IMG/VR virus record: IMGVR_UViG_3300029817_000033
Span: 1-54,638 of that record
Strand: one strand, 5' to 3'
DNA from: a virus
Lineage: Duplodnaviria; Caudoviricetes
DNA: 54,638 nt
Shown here one piece after another: positions 18,895 to 27,708 of the stretch; positions within the stretch are counted from its first letter, which is position 1, and every line of letters begins with the position of its first letter. Made by a program: the position numbers and the translations under genes. The notes under the pieces were generated by a model. The model did no database searches, had not been told where the DNA came from, and saw only the letters and a list, made by a program, of their open reading frames with translations.

Positions 18895-20754
18895 CTACAG
18901 GCCGGACCCGGCGTCCGGGCAGACCTGCCCAGACGTGATGGCGATGGCCGCTGCGTAGGTCGAGTCCGGGCAGCAGGTGTGCGTGATCGCCAGCGACTCG
19001 ACGCCCACGTAGGCGACGTTCTCGAACGACTCGCCGAACTGACGGAACTTGTTCTGGGCGGTCGTGATCGAGTCTCGGATGAGGCCGAGGTCTAGGACGC
19101 CAGCGTCCAGGTGGAGGAACGAGCCCTCCGCTGCGACGATCGAGAGGATCGTCGAGGGGAAGTCCGGCATGGCGTCGCCGGAGACGGCGAGGTCGAAGGT
19201 CTGGCCCGCGCCGGTCGGCGTGTCGATGTACCAGGTCACCGCCACGTGGAGGTTGTCGAAGTAGCCCTCGATCTCGGCGTCAGCGACGTCGAAGTTGTCG
19301 AGGCCGCCGACGGCCAGCGTGCCGATGAGGTCCACGCGCATCGCGTTCAGCGCCCAGGCCGGGAGCCAGACGTGGATCGTCAGCGCCGGGTCCGTGCGGT
19401 TCACGTTGCGGTAGTAGGCCACCGAGTGCTCGATCTGCGAGAGGAGCTGGCGAGCCGTGCCGAAGGTCTTGGCGAAGGTCATCTGCTTCGAGGCAGCGAC
19501 CATGTTCGTCAGGAGGACGGTCTCGGCCTCGCTCGCCCACTTCGCCATCGTGAGGCGCACGAAGGCGTCGACCTGCTCGGGGAACGTCCGAGCGGTCAGG
19601 TTCGAGAACTGGAGGCAGCGCCAGATGATCTCGACGTCGTACTCGATGGGGCTCGCGCAGCCCACGTCGTAGCAGAGCTTGAGACCGCCGTCGGCGTCCT
19701 CTGAGACCGTCTCGACGCCCACGGCCGAGCCGAGGTTGTTCGGGTTCGGGCTCGGGGGCGAGGCGGTGAGGTCGCCAAGGTGGGGCGGCGGGATCAGCTT
19801 GATGCCACCACGGGTCGCCGCGAACGTCGGCAGCGAGCTTGCCACTGGCCGGAGGTCCTCAGCGATCACCATGAGGTTGTAGTACGGCGCCACGGGGGCA
19901 CAGAGGCCACCGGAGGCGAGGATCGCCTCGGGCGAGACGACGGCCTGGAGCTTCGCCATGTTGCCGTCGGTGTCGTCCTTGCGGAACGTCCGCTCCTCGG
20001 GATAGTCGGCGTGGATCGAGGCGATGACGACCTCCTCGGAACCACGCATGCCACCCGAGCTGTTGCGGATGCGGTTCCAGCGCTTCGACATCGCCTCGGC
20101 GACAGCGTGGAGGTCGGGCAGGACGGAGCCAGCGCCGACGCCCTCGATGTCGGCTCCGGCCGTGATCGTCACGGGACGGGCGCCTCCGAGGCCGCCGAGC
20201 TGCGGGTCGGCCATCGGCTGTAGGTGGCCGGGCCGGAAGGCCGCGAGGCCGCGAGCCGTGGCGACCGGCTCGGTCGGGCGCTCTCGGATGGCGGTGATGA
20301 GGCCGGGCAGCGCGGTGGCGAACGCCTCGGTCGCACCGCGAGCGGCGGCTGCGGCGATGCCCTCAGCGTCGACCGGCGTCGCTGGCGCTGCCGGGGGCGC
20401 TACGGCGGCTGGCTCGACGGGCGGGGTCTCGGCAGCCGGAACGCCCACCTGGGCGTCGAGCGCGGCGAGGCGAGTCGCGATGTCGTCGGCTGGCGCTGCC
20501 GGAGCCGGGGGAGCGGCTGGCGGCTGGGCCGCGTGCTCAGCGATGACGGCCCGGACAGTCGTGAGCTGCTCGGCCATCGTCGAAAGCGAGGCGATGTCCT
20601 CGGGCGTGGACGCCGTGGGGCGCAGGGCCGAGAACTGGGCGAGGATCGTGCTCTCCAGCTCGGCCAGCTCGTCAGCGCTCAGGGCGGTGAGGTCGGGCAG
20701 GTCGGGCAGGGGGGCGAACTGGTAGCGGATCTTGCGGCTGGTGGGATCGAACAT
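18895..20754 (-). CDS. Major capsid (hexamer-like) protein with N-terminal scaffold region
   Basis: 619 aa; coiled/Pro-Ala N-terminus; LASGGLCAP, RGGI and LDLGLIRDS..N..FGESFE motifs. Confidence 0.85.
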   Translation of the reverse strand: MFDPTSRKIRYQFAPLPDLPDLTALSADELAELESTILAQFSALRPTASTPEDIASLSTMAEQLTTVRAVIAEHAAQPPAAPPAPAAPADDIATRLAALDAQVGVPAAETPPVEPAAVAPPAAPATPVDAEGIAAAAARGATEAFATALPGLITAIRERPTEPVATARGLAAFRPGHLQPMADPQLGGLGGARPVTITAGADIEGVGAGSVLPDLHAVAEAMSKRWNRIRNSSGGMRGSEEVVIASIHADYPEERTFRKDDTDGNMAKLQAVVSPEAILASGGLCAPVAPYYNLMVIAEDLRPVASSLPTFAATRGGIKLIPPPHLGDLTASPPSPNPNNLGSAVGVETVSEDADGGLKLCYDVGCASPIEYDVEIIWRCLQFSNLTARTFPEQVDAFVRLTMAKWASEAETVLLTNMVAASKQMTFAKTFGTARQLLSQIEHSVAYYRNVNRTDPALTIHVWLPAWALNAMRVDLIGTLAVGGLDNFDVADAEIEGYFDNLHVAVTWYIDTPTGAGQTFDLAVSGDAMPDFPSTILSIVAAEGSFLHLDAGVLDLGLIRDSITTAQNKFRQFGESFENVAYVGVESLAITHTCCPDSTYAAAIAITSGQVCPDAGSGL

Positions 20755-20975
20755 CGGAAGGGCCTCCGGCAGGTTGGGAACCGTGGACGCCGATGGCCTG
20801 TCGCCGCTCGGCTCTGCCGGTCTGGGCCGACAGCAGCACCGATGACTCGGATGCGCGTAACCCTACGGAGTTCGATCGCGGATAGCAAGCATGGGGGCAG
20901 CACGCCCGCCCGGCCGGAGCCGCTGAGCAAGACGGCACGGAGCGGGGCGGGCGGCGCTCTGCCGTAGAGGCCGGG

Positions 20976-21161
20976 CTACGGCGATCTGTGAGCCAGGTAG
21001 CTCGTGTCGTCCTCGTCCTGGTCGTCGACATGGCGACGCCCGCGCTCGTCGACGGTGGCGTGACGGAGATGCCGGGGCACGAAGCTCGCCAGCTCTGGCT
21101 TGAACACGGTGATGGGAGGGACGCTGCGCTCCAGGATCGTGACGGACTGGCCGCGAGTCAT
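20976..21161 (-). CDS. Hypothetical protein
   Basis: ORF in operon context only. Confidence 0.35.
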   Translation of the reverse strand: MTRGQSVTILERSVPPITVFKPELASFVPRHLRHATVDERGRRHVDDQDEDDTSYLAHRSP

Positions 21162-21164
21162 GGG

Positions 21165-21521
21165 CTACCCCCTGGGGATGATGAGCTTGCCGTTGCCCTG
21201 CACGATGTCGAGGACGTCCTGATGGACCTCGACGAGCTTCTCTCGCTGGCGATGCCGCGCCGAGCGGGCCGAGTGCCGGAGCCGGTCGGCGAGGCGGTCG
21301 GCGGCGTTCGGGTCCAGGAAGTAGGTCGACGAGCCGACGGGCGTGTGGAAGATCAGCCCGAGCAGCACGAGGTCGGCGCCTGTCCAAAGCTCGATGTCGT
21401 AGGTCGTCGGGACCGGGCTCACCGGAGTCGCCCTGACCGTGCGAGCCTCGCTCTCCAGCTCCTCGTCGACGTCGGTCTCTGTCGGCTCCGTGGCTGCCGG
21501 AGCCGGGTCTTCGTCGGTCAT
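21165..21521 (-). CDS. Hypothetical protein
   Basis: ATGA overlap with the protease stop; acidic N-terminus. Confidence 0.6.
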   Translation of the reverse strand: MTDEDPAPAATEPTETDVDEELESEARTVRATPVSPVPTTYDIELWTGADLVLLGLIFHTPVGSSTYFLDPNAADRLADRLRHSARSARHRQREKLVEVHQDVLDIVQGNGKLIIPRG

Positions 21522-23467
21522 GCTGGGTTCACTTTCTTGTCGATCTGATCGAGCAGCAGCGGCCGGATCAGCTCGTAGTTCGCCTCGATGGCCGTGAGCC
21601 GCTCATTGAGCCGGTGCCAGGCGTCCGTGCCAGGGTCGTCGTAGACCCGGCCAGCAGCGACGAGGGAGGCGACCTCGCCGTCCCGCATGAAGACGCGCGG
21701 CCGGGAGAACTCGACGAGCCCGGCGAGAGTGCCCGCGCTCGCAGCGAGCGAGAGCACGGGGAACCCAGGGGCGACGACCTGGGCGACGGCGATCAGCTCC
21801 GGCTCTGGGTAGGCGCCGATCGGACGCCAGTCGCCGGAGGGGGCGAGCGCCATGAACTCACGGAGCTGTTCCTCCGTGACCCCCGGCCGGAGCGCTCCGG
21901 CTGCCCAGATGCCGATGTCGTCCTCGCCGACGGAGACGTCGCAGACCTGGACGGCGCCGGGCCCTGCGTCGTAGTGAGCCTGGGCCATCCGCCAGTCGGC
22001 GCGCTTGTCGGCGTGCCCGGCGCCCATCGTGATCGTGCCGGTGGCCCGCCTGGAGCCGTCAGAGCAGCGGACCTTGCCCGTCATGAAGTAGGCGTAGCCG
22101 GAGCGGCTGTGCGGCGGGTTCTTCCGCTGGTTGAGGTAGCCGGTGTGCTGGCGCCCCCACTCGGCGATGTGGCCGAAGACCCGGCCGTCCTCCTCGACCC
22201 GCAGCGGCGTCGGCCTCGTGAGCTTCGGGTCGTCGAACCACTCGGGCGGCGGTTCGACCGGCGCGTGGATCGCCGAGGCGAGGAGCATCGGCTGAGGCGG
22301 CGGCTCGACTTCGGGGAGCCCCTGCGGCTCGACGATCTCCAGCTCGACGTCGATCGGGGCGATGACGCACTGAGGGAAGGCGGGGATGTTCACGACGGTC
22401 GCAGCGCAGAGGCGGTAGCTCGTGAGCAGCTCGTAGCAGTCCTGGTCGCCGAAGAGCATCTCCAGGATGTCGTTCGTCGGCGGCTGGCTGGGATCGAGGT
22501 AGACCAGCTCTGACTCGATCGGCTCGATGTCGGCCGAGACGAAGCGTGTCCCGCCCTGGAGCTTGACTTGACGGGCGCACTCCTGCCCGACGGCCGAGCC
22601 GAGGTCGAAGCTGCCCTCGGCGTAGACGAGCTGCCAGGTCTCGCCACCCTCCTTGTAGGAGATCTCCTCGATCGCCCCGACGACCTCGGAGCTGCGGTGG
22701 CCGGGCTCGTTCCTGTACTGCCAGGAGAGGCCGACCGGGAGGTTGCGGAAGTCTCCGGCGCCGACCTGGGCGGCGCGGCCGTCCGTCGTGCGGAGCCCCT
22801 CGACGAAGAGGAAGGCGTGCCAGCGCTCGGGCAGCTCGGCAGCGGCGACCTCCTCCGGCGTGAGCAGCACGAGCCCGTCGGCGGTCAGAGCCTCGACGCC
22901 CTCGGCGCTCGACGACTTCGCTGGCTTCTTGAGCGAGCCGTCGGCGTTCCAGTTGTCGGGGATGTGCGACTCGGCGTTGAGCTTCTTCGCCTGCTTGATG
23001 ATGTGGCGCCGGATCGCGTCGTGGTCGGCCCCGCCCCGACCGACAGCGTGGATCGCCTTGTCCAGCTCGCCGACGTTGCGGATCGGGTACGACCCGTCCG
23101 GCATCGCCTGGCCCTTCTTGACGGCGTCGTCTCGCTCGGCTTTGGAGATGAACGCCCAGTAGGGGGGCTCGTCGCCGATGGCGAAGTCGACCTCGTTGAG
23201 CGAGTAGATCGCCACCTGATCCTCGGTGACCCGGTCAGTCGGCGTGGCCCCGAGTTCGATCAGCTCGGCGATCGTGTGCGAGCCCTTGGCCTTGAACGCC
23301 TTGCAGGTGCAGTTCGCCATCTGGCAGGCGCCGGAGTTCGCCCCGGCTGCGAGGTTGGCGTGAGCGCTCGCAGCGTGGCTACAGGTGCACATCGCTCCGT
23401 TGGGCACGTCGCCAGCAGCGAACGGCTCTGGCTCGTCGTCGAGGGGGGCGAACTGGTAGCGCCTCAT
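21518..23467 (-). CDS. Capsid maturation protease, multidomain
   Basis: TTDGR, GH...VVGAI, GRVFGHIAEW and SGDWR motifs; extra N-terminal Cys/His motif and GQAMPDGSYPI (DUF6582-like) module. Confidence 0.75.
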   Translation of the reverse strand: MRRYQFAPLDDEPEPFAAGDVPNGAMCTCSHAASAHANLAAGANSGACQMANCTCKAFKAKGSHTIAELIELGATPTDRVTEDQVAIYSLNEVDFAIGDEPPYWAFISKAERDDAVKKGQAMPDGSYPIRNVGELDKAIHAVGRGGADHDAIRRHIIKQAKKLNAESHIPDNWNADGSLKKPAKSSSAEGVEALTADGLVLLTPEEVAAAELPERWHAFLFVEGLRTTDGRAAQVGAGDFRNLPVGLSWQYRNEPGHRSSEVVGAIEEISYKEGGETWQLVYAEGSFDLGSAVGQECARQVKLQGGTRFVSADIEPIESELVYLDPSQPPTNDILEMLFGDQDCYELLTSYRLCAATVVNIPAFPQCVIAPIDVELEIVEPQGLPEVEPPPQPMLLASAIHAPVEPPPEWFDDPKLTRPTPLRVEEDGRVFGHIAEWGRQHTGYLNQRKNPPHSRSGYAYFMTGKVRCSDGSRRATGTITMGAGHADKRADWRMAQAHYDAGPGAVQVCDVSVGEDDIGIWAAGALRPGVTEEQLREFMALAPSGDWRPIGAYPEPELIAVAQVVAPGFPVLSLAASAGTLAGLVEFSRPRVFMRDGEVASLVAAGRVYDDPGTDAWHRLNERLTAIEANYELIRPLLLDQIDKKVNPA

Positions 23468-23510
23468 CGGGGGCTCCTCTCAGCCGTTAACGGCATGGCA
23501 GCACGCGCGC

Positions 23511-23526
23511 ACCATACCTCACGGCG
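23511..23526 (-). promoter_or_regulatory. Putative late promoter CGCCGTGAGG-TATGGT
   Basis: Variant of the 8903/27676 motif upstream of the protease gene. Confidence 0.55.
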
Positions 23527-23732
23527 AACGGCGAGAGGGGGAAGGAGTCTCAGCCGCTCGGCGAGTCACTCTCTTGCGAGAGCCCGCCCGCCGAGCGACT
23601 GCGATCACTCGGGGCCTGATCGGGGCCCTGAGCTGGGGCTGAGTGAGCGCTCATGAGGACCACTCTTGCGAGCGACTGTCCTCGGGCTCAGCCCGTGAGA
23701 GCAGCGTAGCGCGTTAACGCTATTCGGGGCAG

Positions 23733-24062
23733 TTACGCCGCCAGCAGCTCGCCGTTGCGGAGGTAGCCGTGCCAGCTCGGCGCGTTCTTCGGGTTCGGGT
23801 TGATGAGGATGGACGGCGAGAGCGTGAGGAAGGGAGGCTCGCCGGAGCGCTGCCAGTAGCGGCCGGGGAGCCCCTTGCTGGCTGGGCAGTCGATGCAGAA
23901 GATCCCGGCCGGGGTCATCACGATCAGGTGAGGCATCGGTCTCGGGCTCGTGTCGTTCGCTCGGCGCCCGTGCGTCCACTCGTGCATCGCCCCGACGTTC
24001 GGTCGCCCGCTGCCGTCGGCCAGCCAGAGGTCGTCGAAGGACTCGGCCAGGAAGCAGATCAC
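23733..24062 (-). CDS. DUF6527-like small protein
   Basis: W..SG....LTLSPSI...WHGYLRNG motif; GTGA overlap with the MuF stop. Confidence 0.6.
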   Translation of the reverse strand: MICFLAESFDDLWLADGSGRPNVGAMHEWTHGRRANDTSPRPMPHLIVMTPAGIFCIDCPASKGLPGRYWQRSGEPPFLTLSPSILINPNPKNAPSWHGYLRNGELLAA

Positions 24063-24829
24063 GGCATGACGGAGGGCGGGGCGGTCGCCCCACCGCCCCA
24101 TCCGGTGTCGTAGACGAGCACGCACCGGCAGTTCGCCGCCATCGCGTCCGAGAGGTTGGGGTCGCCGGGGTAGGCGGCCGACTCGCCCCCGACGTTGAAG
24201 TAGCCGTCGACCGGCACGGTCGTCTGGTCGATCGCCGCGTGCTCTGGGCGCACCTTGTCGTCCTCCATCGTCTGCCAGGTCTTCGAGCCCCCGACATACT
24301 GGCCCTGCGAGTAGCTGGAGTCGCCGAGCACGACGGCCTGGCTCACGGCGTTCGAGACGTGGTCCATCAGCCGGGAGACCATGAGCCCTCGTCCATCGGC
24401 TCCGGCGAAGACGCCGTCGAGCGAGGTCGCGAGGTCGCTCGCGCTCGCGCTCGTCGTGATCGCCGTCACCATCGCCTGCCCGATCTGCCCGCCGACCTCG
24501 GTCGCCGTCGTCGCGATCGAGTCGAGACCGGCCGCGATGATCTCCTGGATGCCCTGGGCCGTCATGACGGCTCCGAAGCCAGCGAGCGCGGCTGGCACCG
24601 CTGCCATCGCCTTCGAGGCGAGTTCCTTGAGCAGGCGCTCGGCCACCGGCATGATCGTCGACTGGACCCGGTCGTCCCAGGTCGTCGTGTCCCAGGGGTC
24701 GGGCCCCGGCGTGCCGGGCTGGATCGCCGGTAGGTGCTTCTTGTGCTCGGCGACGGCCTTCTCGAACGCCGCTTGCAACTCGGCCTCCAGCCGAGCGATC
24801 TCGGCGCGGTCGATGATCGCCTGGCTCAC
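24059..24829 (-). CDS. MuF-like minor head protein
   Basis: KTW..MEDDKVRPEH...YPGDP...NCRC; start VSQAII overlaps the portal stop. Confidence 0.85.
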   Translation of the reverse strand: MSQAIIDRAEIARLEAELQAAFEKAVAEHKKHLPAIQPGTPGPDPWDTTTWDDRVQSTIMPVAERLLKELASKAMAAVPAALAGFGAVMTAQGIQEIIAAGLDSIATTATEVGGQIGQAMVTAITTSASASDLATSLDGVFAGADGRGLMVSRLMDHVSNAVSQAVVLGDSSYSQGQYVGGSKTWQTMEDDKVRPEHAAIDQTTVPVDGYFNVGGESAAYPGDPNLSDAMAANCRCVLVYDTGWGGGATAPPSVMP

Positions 24830-27180
24830 GGCTGCCCGGTCGTCAGCTCCGGCGCGCTCGGCTGCTCGTTCGACCAGCGGCCCGGTCGCGTCCAGCCGAC
24901 GTCCTCGACGTGCTGAGCGAAGTAGGCCAGCTCCACCCGGAAGTCGGGATCGAACAGCCGTCGCCGGGCCATCTCCTGCACCGTGGCCGTGACGCGCTCG
25001 GCGAGCGTGCCCGGCGAGGCCGAGCCGTGCTCTCGCGCCCAGGCGGTGACGGCTCGGGTGAACGGGGCGAACTCTCCGGCGAACAGCTTCTCGATGCCGA
25101 TGTCGGCGACCGCCTGCGGGCCGAGCGTCCGGGCGATCTCGGCAGGCGCCACGCCATCGAGGACCATCGCGAACGTCGGGGTGCGCCGGGCCTCGCCACG
25201 GAGGCGGTTCGCCGCCCGCTCGGTCGCTCGATCGACGGTGATCTCGGCTGCTGCGAAGATGCGGAGCGCCAGCACGCCGATGCCGTAGGACTCCCCGCTG
25301 TAGACGACGTGGCGCGCGCTCGCCTGGACTGGCGCCGGAGCTGGAGGAGCGCCGGGGGCCGGAGCTGGCGCCGGAGGCTGGCCGGGCAGGACTGGAGCCG
25401 GGAGCGCTGGGCCGCCCTTTGTGCCGGGAGCTGGCTGGACGCCGAGCGCCTCCTTCTGCTGCTCCAGCAGTCTCGCCAAGCCGGGGTCGGGGAGCGTGAC
25501 GCCGTCCTGGGGGAAGCCCGGCTGGACCTGTGGCCGGAGCAGGTTGGGGTCCATGAAGGGGAGCACGTTCGTGTCCTGGGCTCGGATCGTCTCGCGGATG
25601 TTGAGCGCCTGGGCCATCCGTATCCGCATCGCCACCTCGTCGGGACCGGGGAGGTCGTCGACGGTGAAGCCGAGCGCTCGCAGATAGGACTCGTCGGAGA
25701 GCACCATCGCCGCGTGCGCCTCGCTGGCGTTCTTCGAGCGGTCGGGGTGGGCGACGAGCTTCGAGGCGTCGTACCAGATGTGCTGCTTGCGGATCTCGGG
25801 GGGGATCTCCGGCATCGTGCCGTCGGGGTTCGGGCCGATGCCAGCCGCCTTCATCAGCGCGGGCCAGAGGTAGCCGACGGTGAGGCACTCGCACCAGACG
25901 AGGAGCTTCGGCTCGATGTGCGTGCGGAAGAGGTCCTCGGTGATCTGCTCGGCGTTGGCGAAGGTCGTGTTCATGTGCCCGAGGACGATCTCCGGGGGCA
26001 GGTCGACGCCCTGGGCGAAGCGCTCGACTGCCTCGCGCCGCTTCGCCATCGCCACCGCTGCGTCCGGGCGGGCGAAGGAGACGTAGCGGATGTGCTGTAG
26101 GTACTCGGCCGGGCCGACGATCGTCATGGGCACCACGCCAGCAGCGGAGTCCTTGTCCGTGATCGGCTTCATGCACCACTCGATGAAGTCGCGAGTGAAG
26201 GGGTCCTGCTCCTCTGAGCCCTGGTCGCCCTCCTCGTCGTTCGTGAAGCTCAGCTCGTCCGGCATCAGCACGAGCCCGTTGTTGACGAGGCGGGAGACGG
26301 TCTCGCCGCGCACCTCTCGGGTCAGCAGCACCAGCTCGTCCAGGATCGGCAAGAGCCGCTTGATCGAGGACTGAGCATGTCTGGAGAACCGCGGGTGTGG
26401 CGACCAACAGCGGACGATGTAGCTCGTCTCGTCGAGACGTCGTGGATAAAAGCCGGGGCCGTAGTAGCGCACCCAGGTCACCTTCGAGCTGGAGCCGCCA
26501 CCGCCCGAGATGGGCCGCAGCTCGTCAGTCGAGAGGAACTCCCACGTGCCGGGGTTCCAGTCCTTCTCGTCGTTGAGGTAGAGGAAGCCCTCGCCCGCCA
26601 GAGCGAGGTTCGCCCCTGCCGTCGAGTTGAGCCCGGTCAGCCCGCCGTGGCTCGGCTTGAGGTCTTTGATGAGGGAGGCGATGTTGCCGATGTCGCTCTG
26701 CTCCGGCGCCTCGTCGTCGAAGGTCGTCTGGACCGTGCCGTCCTCGTTCTCCAGCCCAGGCACGAGGTCGACGCGCGAGAAGCAGTTGGCGTAGAAGTCG
26801 ATCGAGTAGCCCAGCTCGCCGACGAGGTCGTAGAAGCCCCACGCCTCCTGTTGCCAGAGCCGGACGGCTGAGGGCGGCGGGATCGCGTCTCGATCGAGGC
26901 GGCCCTGCCCGAAGACGGCGGCTGCGGCCTGGACGCCCTTGCCCCCGTGCGAGCCCTTCGGGGTCGTCCGGACGGCTGCCGACTTCTCGGCTGCCTCGAT
27001 CCGATCGAGTTCCTTGAGCAGCTCGGCGTCGCTCGGGAGCTCATGCTGGAAGGTGCCGCGCTCCAGCAGCTCGGGGATCAGCTTCGAGCGCTCGATCGTC
27101 TTCGTCCGGCTCTCGGCAGCCTTGAGGGACATGTGCGAGCGGCGCCGATGCGCCGCTGGCTTCGCGAACGGCAGCTTCAT
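24826..27180 (-). CDS. Portal protein with C-terminal extension
   Basis: WQQEAWGFYDLVGELGY, WSPHPR and RFAQGVDLPPEIVLG motifs; follows terminase. Confidence 0.85.
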   Translation of the reverse strand: MKLPFAKPAAHRRRSHMSLKAAESRTKTIERSKLIPELLERGTFQHELPSDAELLKELDRIEAAEKSAAVRTTPKGSHGGKGVQAAAAVFGQGRLDRDAIPPPSAVRLWQQEAWGFYDLVGELGYSIDFYANCFSRVDLVPGLENEDGTVQTTFDDEAPEQSDIGNIASLIKDLKPSHGGLTGLNSTAGANLALAGEGFLYLNDEKDWNPGTWEFLSTDELRPISGGGGSSSKVTWVRYYGPGFYPRRLDETSYIVRCWSPHPRFSRHAQSSIKRLLPILDELVLLTREVRGETVSRLVNNGLVLMPDELSFTNDEEGDQGSEEQDPFTRDFIEWCMKPITDKDSAAGVVPMTIVGPAEYLQHIRYVSFARPDAAVAMAKRREAVERFAQGVDLPPEIVLGHMNTTFANAEQITEDLFRTHIEPKLLVWCECLTVGYLWPALMKAAGIGPNPDGTMPEIPPEIRKQHIWYDASKLVAHPDRSKNASEAHAAMVLSDESYLRALGFTVDDLPGPDEVAMRIRMAQALNIRETIRAQDTNVLPFMDPNLLRPQVQPGFPQDGVTLPDPGLARLLEQQKEALGVQPAPGTKGGPALPAPVLPGQPPAPAPAPGAPPAPAPVQASARHVVYSGESYGIGVLALRIFAAAEITVDRATERAANRLRGEARRTPTFAMVLDGVAPAEIARTLGPQAVADIGIEKLFAGEFAPFTRAVTAWAREHGSASPGTLAERVTATVQEMARRRLFDPDFRVELAYFAQHVEDVGWTRPGRWSNEQPSAPELTTGQP

Positions 27181-27467
27181 CGTCTACTCCAAGATCCGAA
27201 GAGTCCAGCCAGCCCGGCGATCGCGGGCCAGCCCAGCCAGAGGAGCCACCAGCCCCGAACGATGCCGGAGGCGGCGAGCCCGGCAGTCAGGGCGCCAGCA
27301 GCCCAGACGCTCACGCACCACTCGCACGAGAGCAGCTCGCCGAGAGGGCGAGGGGAGCGAACCACGAGCCACGAGCGCGGCCTGGCGGTGATCGAGTCGG
27401 CGACAACGAGGCGGGCGATCCGAAAGGCAGCGAGGGAAGCTGCCAGCAGGGCCAGCCACGGCGTCAT
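27177..27467 (-). CDS. DUF1360-like membrane protein
   Basis: AFRIARLVVADSI...GELLSCEWCVSVW. Confidence 0.8.
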   Translation of the reverse strand: MTPWLALLAASLAAFRIARLVVADSITARPRSWLVVRSPRPLGELLSCEWCVSVWAAGALTAGLAASGIVRGWWLLWLGWPAIAGLAGLFGSWSRR

Positions 27468-27670
27468 CCCTGGACGACGACGCCACGAGCGCGGGCTCGG
27501 GTCTTGCGAGCCGGGTTGCCCATCGACGTCGCAGCCCCGACGTTCTTCGTGCTGCCCCCAGGGGATGCCCTGACCGCCCGGGCGGCTCTGGCGTGCATGT
27601 GCTTCGGCTTGTGGGTCTTCGTCGGCTTCGGCAGCTTCGGGACGCCGGGGAGACCGCTCTTGGTGGCCAC
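27464..27670 (-). CDS. Small highly basic protein, probably leaderless
   Basis: GTG 6 nt after TACGCT; K/R/H-rich 68 aa; ATGA overlap with the next gene. Confidence 0.6.
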   Translation of the reverse strand: MATKSGLPGVPKLPKPTKTHKPKHMHARAARAVRASPGGSTKNVGAATSMGNPARKTRARARGVVVQG

Positions 27671-27675
27671 GCTGG

Positions 27676-27694
27676 GAGCGTACCTCGCGGCGCG
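27676..27694 (-). promoter_or_regulatory. Putative late promoter CGCGCCGCGAGG-TACGCT
   Basis: Identical to 8903-8921. Confidence 0.7.
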
Positions 27695-27708
27695 GGCAGA
27701 TGGAGTGA

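Noticed and set aside
23468-23732. tRNA or hammerhead ribozyme in the structured gap
   Set aside because: No T-loop/D-loop consensus or CUGAUGA/GAAA core found by eye.
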